From positions 64,001-128,000 of IMG/VR virus record IMGVR_UViG_3300020383_000006: a stretch of 64,000 nt of DNA; one strand, given 5' to 3'. This document shows positions 1-7,412 of the stretch, piece after piece. This stretch comes from a virus. Each line of letters opens with the position of its first letter. The stretch's first letter is position 1. The position numbers and the translations under genes were made by a program. The notes beneath the pieces were generated by a model, which worked only from the letters and a program-made list of their open reading frames with translations, had not been told where the DNA came from and ran no database searches.

Positions 1-30
1 AAATTCTATTGGTTTTAGAGAAGTTGTACC

Positions 31-59
31 TTTACTTTCTGTTTCTAAAAAGTTAAAGT
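31..59 (+). promoter_or_regulatory. Putative early sigma70-type promoter (TTTACT-17nt-TAAAGT)
   Basis: TTTACT at 31-36 and TAAAGT at 54-59 with 17-nt spacing, resembling T4 early promoters. Followed by hairpin TCCCTC-aaatac-GAGGGA and SD GAGGA before ATG 118. Confidence 0.45.
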
Positions 60-117
60 GATAACCGTCCCTCAAATACGAGGGATCTTGAAATCTTAGT
101 TATTAGAGGATTATATT

Positions 118-858
118 ATGAAGAACTACAAGAACCTTTACTTTAATGGTCTAGGTTTAGTATCCAACCGCAAAGGAAAATCAACGAAATATTGGGGCGT
201 TTCTAAAGTTCCTAAAAGCCAACGCTATACAATTCGAGTTTTTAATGAATTAGTTGGTCAACCCCAATCAGTTTCCGGTAATTGGTCATCACTAGCCGTT
301 GCCGCTGAAATTTCCGCTTTAATGTATTACCTTCTAACCCGTGGCGTTTTAAAACGGGCTAACAGTCGAGTCCTATACGAAACAAATAACAAAAATTATT
401 TTTTGTTTGAATTTCGTTCAGCAGGTAACTGGGTTATTTCAAAACCAGTAAATACCCTTGTTCAAGATTACCAATCATCTTCTGAAATTCAACAAATCAC
501 TTCTGACCAAGTTCATAAAGATTTGATGGAATCGGTTCACTTTGAACAAGAACCTGAAGAACTTCAGCTCCAAGAAAAACTTCCATTACAAGAAGAACAG
601 GTCGACAAAGAACCTGTTGTTGATCAGAAAGAACCTTTAAATGAAATTGTTGATGATGATTCGCCTTCATTAGCTGAAGAAATAGTTGATGATGTTGTTG
701 AAGAAAATGAAGAAGAATTGGTACAACATTCCGAATACCTACCGCATGAAAAAGAAGCGGCTAAAGCTATGTACAATGCTTTGGTTGAGAACGGGGTAGA
801 AGCCAGCGATTCTTTCAAGAAATTCGTAGAGATTGTACATAATACAATCAACTCTTAA
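118..858 (+). CDS. Hypothetical protein; basic N-terminus (weakly AP2-like STKYWGVS) and very acidic C-terminal half
   Basis: 246-aa ORF with SD GAGGA; no confident family assignment. Confidence 0.6.
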   Translation: MKNYKNLYFNGLGLVSNRKGKSTKYWGVSKVPKSQRYTIRVFNELVGQPQSVSGNWSSLAVAAEISALMYYLLTRGVLKRANSRVLYETNNKNYFLFEFRSAGNWVISKPVNTLVQDYQSSSEIQQITSDQVHKDLMESVHFEQEPEELQLQEKLPLQEEQVDKEPVVDQKEPLNEIVDDDSPSLAEEIVDDVVEENEEELVQHSEYLPHEKEAAKAMYNALVENGVEASDSFKKFVEIVHNTINS

Positions 859-913
859 ATTTTAATTAATGAAAATGGGGTACTTTATTTGTGCCCCAAA
901 ATTGAGGTAATTT

Positions 914-1867
914 ATGTCTGAAGTTCATAAAGGTATGCAGAATAAAACAATTATCAAGGTTATCAAAAATAAAATTGATGATTGGGTTAAATCCGTTTTA
1001 GATCATGGCGAAGAATATGACCTTAATGAAGAAGCAAAATCAGTAACAAAAGCAATTAAAAAAGATTGTATTGTTACAGGCGGTTCTATTGCTTCAATGA
1101 TAATGGGTGAAAAAATTAATGATTTTGACGTCTACTTAAGAACTAAAGAATCTGCATTATTGGTTGCTAATTTTTACGTAGACATCTTTAATAAGAAAAA
1201 CCAAGACCAACAAAAAGTAACAGTTAAAGAAGAAACTCTTTCTAACATTTTAGGGGAAGATGAAGAACGTGTTGTTATTTGGGTTGATAGTTCAGGTCAA
1301 GCTTCTGAAAGTTATTCCGAAGAACAGGAAGATATTCCTGAAATCGGTGCGGATATTGGATCTGAGGAAATTGAAGAAGAAGAGTTACGTTATCGTCCAG
1401 TTTTTTTATCTGAAAATGCCATCACTTTAAGCAACAAAATACAAATCGTAACAAGGTTTTATGGTGAACCCGACCAAATTCACCGGAACTATGATTTTGT
1501 GCATGCTATGTGCTATTACGACGCTGGTACAAATAAATTGGTCACTCCTGAAAAAGCATTACGTTCTATGCAATCAAGAACCCTTTATTACGAAGGGAGT
1601 CTATACCCTGTATGTTCACTTTTCCGTTGCCGTAAATTCATTAAACGGGGTTGGTCTATTTCAGCTGGTGAAATGCTTAAAATTGTTTTACAAATTAGTG
1701 AAATTGATTTAACGATTACTTCTATTTTACGGGAGCAGTTAACTGGTGTAGATGCTTTGTATTTCAACCAACTAATTTCCGCAATTAAACAAAAAGAAGC
1801 TCAAGGCGAAGCGATAGATAAAACCTATATCGTTACTGTAATAGACCGTATTTTTAATGACCTGTAA
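914..1867 (+). CDS. Pol-beta superfamily nucleotidyltransferase-like protein
   Basis: IVTGGSIAS...INDFDVYL matches the hG[GS]-x9-13-DhD signature; later YDFVH motif; SD GAGG. Confidence 0.65.
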   Translation: MSEVHKGMQNKTIIKVIKNKIDDWVKSVLDHGEEYDLNEEAKSVTKAIKKDCIVTGGSIASMIMGEKINDFDVYLRTKESALLVANFYVDIFNKKNQDQQKVTVKEETLSNILGEDEERVVIWVDSSGQASESYSEEQEDIPEIGADIGSEEIEEEELRYRPVFLSENAITLSNKIQIVTRFYGEPDQIHRNYDFVHAMCYYDAGTNKLVTPEKALRSMQSRTLYYEGSLYPVCSLFRCRKFIKRGWSISAGEMLKIVLQISEIDLTITSILREQLTGVDALYFNQLISAIKQKEAQGEAIDKTYIVTVIDRIFNDL

Positions 1868-1878
1868 GGATTTATATT

Positions 1879-2523
1879 ATGAAAATTATTGACCATACGC
1901 TAGATTTTGAAACAATGGGTACTGACCCAGATAGCATAGTTTTAAGCTGTGCTATCACTTTCCATAGACGTGGTAAAGTCGACTACACGTTCCAAGAGCT
2001 AGTAGAGAAAACCCATTATTTTAAGTTTGATATAGAACACCAACAAAAAGAGTTCGGTCGAACGTATAGTGAACGCACGTTAGAGTGGTGGCAAAAACAA
2101 GACCCTGAAGTTAGAAAGGCACAATTTACCCCATCTGAGTATGATTTTACGTTGGGTGAATTTATAACAGCATATTACAATTTGTTGGAACAATATGGAT
2201 CAAATAACCTTTCTATGGCTTTTTGTCGTGGTCAGTCATTTGATTTCCCTATTCTTAAAAATATCCATCAGTCGGTTAGAAATAGTAATCCTGATTTCTT
2301 CCCTACTCCATTTTGGCAACAAAGTGATATCCGCTCTATTTTGCGTGGCTTAATGATGGATTTAACAGTAAGAAATATTCCTATGCCTGATGGAACATTA
2401 AAAGGGTTTAAAAAACATAATCCAATTCACGATAATGCTAAAGCTATTATGGAAATGCAATGGGCGTATCGGTATGCTGATGGTGAGGAACTTCCAGAAT
2501 ATATTGACCCTGAATCCTTGTAG
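1879..2523 (+). CDS. dexA: DEDDh 3'-5' exonuclease, T4 DexA-like
   Basis: ExoI LDFETMG, ExoII RGQSFDFPIL, ExoIII HNPIHD; TLEWWQKQ motif. Confidence 0.8.
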   Translation: MKIIDHTLDFETMGTDPDSIVLSCAITFHRRGKVDYTFQELVEKTHYFKFDIEHQQKEFGRTYSERTLEWWQKQDPEVRKAQFTPSEYDFTLGEFITAYYNLLEQYGSNNLSMAFCRGQSFDFPILKNIHQSVRNSNPDFFPTPFWQQSDIRSILRGLMMDLTVRNIPMPDGTLKGFKKHNPIHDNAKAIMEMQWAYRYADGEELPEYIDPESL

Positions 2524-2545
2524 GGTTTAAAAATAATCTAAATAG

Positions 2546-2576
2546 AGGTAGGATATTGTTCCTACCTTTTTATTTT
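2546..2576 (+). terminator. Intrinsic terminator-like hairpin after dexA
   Basis: AGGTAGGA-tattgt-TCCTACCT followed by a T-run. Confidence 0.65.
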
Positions 2577-2588
2577 AGGAGAAATACG

Positions 2589-2831
2589 ATGCTAAATCTA
2601 AACGAATTTAAACAAATAGAAACTGACGTAGCTATGCTTGAAGAAAAAATTGATGAGTCAGTCTATGAAAAAAGTGAGACATTTGAACTGACTGAAAATG
2701 AAAACCTAACAACTACATTTAAACTGTACGACGCTGATGACAATTGTATCTTTGAAACTGAAGTTGAAGATTACTACACCGCCGAACAATACCTAAAAGA
2801 AAGATTTGACATCAGTGGTGAAGAAGAATAA
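2589..2831 (+). CDS. Small acidic hypothetical protein
   Basis: ATG 2589 is preceded by AGGAG, so it is preferred over the track start at 2556, which lies inside the hairpin. Confidence 0.6.
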   Translation: MLNLNEFKQIETDVAMLEEKIDESVYEKSETFELTENENLTTTFKLYDADDNCIFETEVEDYYTAEQYLKERFDISGEEE

Positions 2832-2838
2832 AATAGAT

Positions 2839-2867
2839 TTTTAATTTTCTTTTTAATCTATTATAAT
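2839..2867 (+). promoter_or_regulatory. Putative promoter of the modification cluster (TTTTAA-17nt-TATAAT)
   Basis: Perfect TATAAT at 2862-2867. The same TTT(T/A)AA-17-TAnnnT geometry occurs before gp43 and gp41. Confidence 0.5.
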
Positions 2868-2897
2868 AAATCCTTCTTAAGAATTTCGGAGTTTTAA

Positions 2898-4289
2898 ATG
2901 GACAAATATATTGATGGTGTGAGAGTCATCGTAGCTGAAGAACACCATGATTGTGAACACCTACTTGGTAAATTTTTAGATGAAAGTCATTATGACGTTT
3001 TAATAGACGAAGATTGTGATTTTTACGCGCCACCAGAAAACACTTTATTCGGTGTAGAAGAAACCTCAGAAGAAAAATGTATTTTCAAACTGCGCAAAGG
3101 TTTTTTCAGTATGGAAGAACAACGTGGCGCATATGAAGGGTTACGTGATGCGGCAGTTGCTTCTAACAACCGTGGAATTGCTGCTGGCGACCGTACTGAA
3201 ATGACGGGCAACCGAGTTTTCGTTACTGAACGTCATTTACGTATTTTAGACATGATGATGAATCCTGCTGGTGCTGTTATTGATGATGCCTTTACGGTAG
3301 CTGATGCGGTAGCTGATAAGTCTTGGGGTAATCCTAATTCTAAAAAAGGTGAAGCATGGATTATTCGAGTTGTTGGGGATAACTTTGATTTTGAAAAATG
3401 GGCTGAAGAAACAGTAAAATTATCCCCCAGTGAAATGAATAAGAAAGCACGTGAACTTTCAAAAGGCGTTTCTACTACTACATACGCAAATGAAGTTCAT
3501 TCCGGTATTGCTGGTTGGTTTGACCGTTACCCAAGAATTCCTTTTGGGCGAGCAACTTCTTACACAGCAAACAACCCTGAAAAATTTGCTAAATCTTACC
3601 CTTTTCTACAAAAACTTTCGGATGGATTTTCTAAATTTTTGCCTGAACGTTTCGTTAAACAAAAGAAATGTGCCGACTCATTAGACCCTGCTTTTGTCGT
3701 ACCTGAAACGCCGTTTACTACCCTGACGGTTAATAAAACGTTCCGTACAGCAGCTCACAGGGACGCTGGTGACCTGAAAAAAGGGTTCTCTAACCTTAGC
3801 GTGATCACTAATAAAGAAAAGTGTTACACTGGCGGTTATTTAGTTTTACCTGAGTTCCGTGTAGCTGTAAACATTCGTCCTGGTGACTTATTACTTATTA
3901 ATAACCATGACGGGGTTCATGGTAATACGCCTATTGAAATTGATGATGATGGTGAGCGCGTTTCAGTTGTTTGTTATTTCCGTGAAAATATGTTAGAATT
4001 AGGTTCTAAACCATATGAAGATGCAAGAGCCAAATTTGTTGAACAAAGAAGAAATGATAAAAACCACCCAGAGTGGCGTCCATTGTGGAACGGTATTAGT
4101 CCAGGAATGTTTGAGACTGATGAATGGTACAAATTTCTTTACAACGAAATTGGTGAAGAAGAATTATTAAAATACCATCCAAGGGCAAAAGGTAGCATTG
4201 AAGAATTTGAATCTTGTACTAAAAGAAAGGTACATGGGGATGATGTTTGTAATGGATGTAACAAAATATGTAATGGTCGAGGTGAATAA
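2898..4289 (+). CDS. TET/JBP-family 2-oxoglutarate/Fe(II) dioxygenase (base hydroxylase)
   Basis: FTTLTVNKTFRTAAHRDAGD (HxD), distal HGNT His, and RVSVVCYFRE (2OG-binding Arg), plus SGIAGWFDRYPRIP. Next gene is a glycosyltransferase. Confidence 0.85.
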   Translation: MDKYIDGVRVIVAEEHHDCEHLLGKFLDESHYDVLIDEDCDFYAPPENTLFGVEETSEEKCIFKLRKGFFSMEEQRGAYEGLRDAAVASNNRGIAAGDRTEMTGNRVFVTERHLRILDMMMNPAGAVIDDAFTVADAVADKSWGNPNSKKGEAWIIRVVGDNFDFEKWAEETVKLSPSEMNKKARELSKGVSTTTYANEVHSGIAGWFDRYPRIPFGRATSYTANNPEKFAKSYPFLQKLSDGFSKFLPERFVKQKKCADSLDPAFVVPETPFTTLTVNKTFRTAAHRDAGDLKKGFSNLSVITNKEKCYTGGYLVLPEFRVAVNIRPGDLLLINNHDGVHGNTPIEIDDDGERVSVVCYFRENMLELGSKPYEDARAKFVEQRRNDKNHPEWRPLWNGISPGMFETDEWYKFLYNEIGEEELLKYHPRAKGSIEEFESCTKRKVHGDDVCNGCNKICNGRGE

Positions 4290-5113
4290 TGTTAATTTGT
4301 ATACCAACGTATAAGCGCGAAGAAAACCAAAAATGTTATGAACGTATGCCCGACGAAATTAAACGTCGGGTTTTATTGGCTACTCATTCTGATGAAGTAG
4401 AAAACCTTAAAAAAGCTAACCCAGAAGCAAATGTTGTGGATATTGGAGTCACTGACGGCATCGCTGACGTGAGACAAAGAATACTTAACTACGCAAAATC
4501 ACAAAATGAAGAAAAAGTTTTTATAATGGATGATTCTTGCACATTCAAGAAAAGAGTTAAAATGAAACTTACTGAAATGGGCGCTCAAGATTGGGAAGAA
4601 ATGATTGAAAGGGTTTCAGAAAGGCTAGATGAATACCCTATGGTCGGAATTTCTGACCAAGCCGGAAATAACCGCGTTGAGAAACCGGAATTAGAAAACC
4701 AACGTTCATACAGTTGTTATGGTATCAACGTAGAATTTTTTAAAGAAAACGGCATAAGATTTGATGCTATGTATCAAGAAGATAATGATATCAAGTTTTA
4801 TGAAGATTTTTACGTTATACTGAAATTATTGACTTCAGGGTTTAAGAACTTGGTTATCTATGAATACGCCTTTTCACACGCACACGGCAAAAAGGGCGGT
4901 AACAGTGTATTAAGAAGTAATAATACACATAAAAAATCAATAGATTCTTTGAAAACGTTTTTTCCTAAGTTTGTTGATGTCGTAAAGAAGGAAAACCCAT
5001 CTTGGAAAGCAGGTTTAAATGATGAAGAAAACTTTAGATGGGACGTGAAAATTTCTTGGAAAAAGGCTTTTGAATATGGACAATCTAAAGTAGAAAGCGT
5101 TTCTTTATTTTGA
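4289..5113 (+). CDS. GT-A fold glycosyltransferase, TET/JBP-associated type
   Basis: ICIPTYKR N-terminus, FIMDDS (DxD-like), YEDF, KKGGNS motifs; TAATG overlap with the TET stop codon. Confidence 0.8.
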   Translation: MLICIPTYKREENQKCYERMPDEIKRRVLLATHSDEVENLKKANPEANVVDIGVTDGIADVRQRILNYAKSQNEEKVFIMDDSCTFKKRVKMKLTEMGAQDWEEMIERVSERLDEYPMVGISDQAGNNRVEKPELENQRSYSCYGINVEFFKENGIRFDAMYQEDNDIKFYEDFYVILKLLTSGFKNLVIYEYAFSHAHGKKGGNSVLRSNNTHKKSIDSLKTFFPKFVDVVKKENPSWKAGLNDEENFRWDVKISWKKAFEYGQSKVESVSLF

Positions 5114-5123
5114 GGAAGACTTT

Positions 5124-6173
5124 ATGAAATATGAGAAAAGGTTAGTCGTTGATTTTGATGACACACTATTTTTTACTAAAAACCGTGATTGGGAAAATGC
5201 GGAACCCAATTTAGAATTAATAGAAAAGATTAACGGTCTTTATGAAGAAGGCTGGAGAGTAGATATTTTTACTGCTAGAGGTTCAATATCTTGTGACAGT
5301 AGGGAACAAGCAAAGGAAAAATACCTTAATGGTATGTTGCGGTTGCTTGAAAAATATAACGTTATGTATCATGAAATATCTTTTGAAAAACCTTTGGCCG
5401 CTTATTACATTGATGACAAATCTATCACGCCAGAAGAATTTATTAAGAAAGATTTTAAGCAATTACAAGGCGGTCTATCAGGTAGTGATATTTATACTGA
5501 TGGTGAACAAGTCCATAAAACAGATGATAACAGCCATAATGTTGTTGAATGGTATAACGCCACGAATAATATATTAAATACGCCTGAGATACATAGGGTT
5601 GTTGGTAACACTGTTTCTATGGAGTATATTGAACATAATGAATCTTTTTTTGAATCTAATGTTTATTTTGCGTTAGCGTTAATCCAAGAGTCATTAGATT
5701 CAATGAGAAAATTGAAACCGATAAACAATTTAAGGTTTTCTGATTATAAGAAAAGAATTTTAACTAACCACCTTAAACCAGCTTTAGAAAATGATTCACT
5801 AAGTAAACAACAAAAAAAGGTTTTGTTGATAACATATGAAAATTTATCCCTTATTGACGTAAATCCATCATTTTCCCATGGCGATTTCGGTATAAAAAAT
5901 ATGCTTTTTAACGAAGACAAGAAGCTTTATTTGATAGACCCAATCCCACAAACATTCGGTTCTTTAGAAATAGATGTTGCGAAATTCATAGCTTCTATGT
6001 ACATAAATGAATATAATGAGCAACTAATTAATACCTCATTAAAAACCCTTTGTACATTCAATGGTCTAGAGCTGAGTTTAATTAATAAACTAATCAGTTC
6101 AGAATTAATGAGAGTCGTGAAATACCACCCTGACCCTGAAAAGATCGTGGAGCTTATATCGAATGTTTATTGA
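5124..6173 (+). CDS. Fusion: HAD phosphatase (capsule-biosynthesis type) + APH/choline-kinase-like phosphotransferase
   Basis: HAD motifs VDFDDTL, FTARG, KP..YIDD; kinase motifs HGDFGIKN and LIDP. Confidence 0.75.
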   Translation: MKYEKRLVVDFDDTLFFTKNRDWENAEPNLELIEKINGLYEEGWRVDIFTARGSISCDSREQAKEKYLNGMLRLLEKYNVMYHEISFEKPLAAYYIDDKSITPEEFIKKDFKQLQGGLSGSDIYTDGEQVHKTDDNSHNVVEWYNATNNILNTPEIHRVVGNTVSMEYIEHNESFFESNVYFALALIQESLDSMRKLKPINNLRFSDYKKRILTNHLKPALENDSLSKQQKKVLLITYENLSLIDVNPSFSHGDFGIKNMLFNEDKKLYLIDPIPQTFGSLEIDVAKFIASMYINEYNEQLINTSLKTLCTFNGLELSLINKLISSELMRVVKYHPDPEKIVELISNVY

Positions 6174-6627
6174 TAGGAAATCGTTGTCTGAGAAATTAAA
6201 TAAAGAGATGGATGAGGTTAAGATAGGTTTTACTTGTTCCACCTTTGATTTATTTCATGCTGGACACGTTGTTATGTTAGAAGAAGCCAAAACTATGTGT
6301 GATTACCTTATAGTGGGGCTTCTTTCTGACCCGACAATAGATAGACCAGATTCTAAAAATAAACCTATACAAAGTATGTTTGAGCGATATATTCAAGTTT
6401 CTTCTTGTAAATATGTCGACGAAGTTATACCTTTCCAAACTGAACAAGAAATTATCGATATAATTTTAACCATACAACCTGATGTGAGGGTTGTTGGGGA
6501 AGAATATAAAGGTGAAAATTTTACTGGAAACGATTTGTGTTTCGTACATTTTAATAAAAGAAGACACTCTTTTTCTTCAACTGATTTAAGAAAAAGAGTT
6601 TTTGAAAATGAAAATAAAGGTGAATAA
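6163..6627 (+). CDS. HxGH nucleotidyltransferase (TagD glycerol-3-phosphate cytidylyltransferase / RfaE domain II family)
   Basis: FTCSTFDLFHAGH, YLIVGL, C-terminal RRHSFSSTDLR. Confidence 0.85.
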   Translation: MFIDRKSLSEKLNKEMDEVKIGFTCSTFDLFHAGHVVMLEEAKTMCDYLIVGLLSDPTIDRPDSKNKPIQSMFERYIQVSSCKYVDEVIPFQTEQEIIDIILTIQPDVRVVGEEYKGENFTGNDLCFVHFNKRRHSFSSTDLRKRVFENENKGE

Positions 6628-6631
6628 AACT

Positions 6632-7336
6632 ATGTCATTAGAAATTACATTTCCACTGTATAATTATTTTTTAAAGCAAGTGATTGATTGGAACCATGCA
6701 GCAAATAACCCACCAGCAACAAAAATGGGCGCTAGAAAACTTCAAATTATGCGCCAAGCTGAATATACTCGCTCTGAAGTTCAAGAAACCATGGACGCAG
6801 TATTTGTTCATGATTTAAAAGAAATTGTTGATGGTGTTTGTGACGTTTTCGTTACGGCTGGTTATATGGCACATTTGCAATCACATAAACCCGAAGATGC
6901 TGGATTGATGTCCTTCAAACAAGGGTTTTTACCTAAAACCCAAATGGAACTTATTCCTCAGTTGTTTGCACTAAGGGAAGATTGTAACGTATTTGGTAAC
7001 ATTACTCACGAAAAAGTACAAATGTTACTGTTATCATTGGTCTCAGTTTTTCGAACTACGTTTGACATTGAAAAACCCGTTTCTAAAGTAGAAAGTTTTG
7101 TACAAGAAGTATTGGATTCTAATAATTCTAAGTTTATACCTTTGCAAGAGTATGAGAAATATAAAGTCCTTCATAATGAATACGTTAATAAGAAGTATGA
7201 AGGTAAATTTGAAAACATTGTTCCTGTATACACTAAACTTGGAACCCGTGACGTCGTAGTTTTCCGAGCGGATAATGGCGAAGGTAAAATTCTTAAACCT
7301 TCAACGTTCCGTGAACCGAAATTCGACCTTTCATAA
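6632..7336 (+). CDS. MazG-like all-alpha NTP pyrophosphohydrolase
   Basis: EVQE...EIVDGVCD metal-binding pattern, SNNSK, GKILKP. Start 6632 follows SD AAGGTG; the track start is 6602. Confidence 0.7.
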   Translation: MSLEITFPLYNYFLKQVIDWNHAANNPPATKMGARKLQIMRQAEYTRSEVQETMDAVFVHDLKEIVDGVCDVFVTAGYMAHLQSHKPEDAGLMSFKQGFLPKTQMELIPQLFALREDCNVFGNITHEKVQMLLLSLVSVFRTTFDIEKPVSKVESFVQEVLDSNNSKFIPLQEYEKYKVLHNEYVNKKYEGKFENIVPVYTKLGTRDVVVFRADNGEGKILKPSTFREPKFDLS

Positions 7337-7343
7337 ATTCCAC

Positions 7344-7388
7344 TTTAAATAAGAAATGAAACGGGGTATATTATTGCCCCGTTCCTTT
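7344..7388 (+). promoter_or_regulatory. Hairpin plus putative promoter upstream of gp43
   Basis: TTTAAA(7344)-17nt-TATATT(7367); stem AACGGGGTA/TGCCCCGTT at 7360-7383. Confidence 0.45.
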
Positions 7389-7412
7389 TAATTCTATACA
7401 GGGATTACGAAT

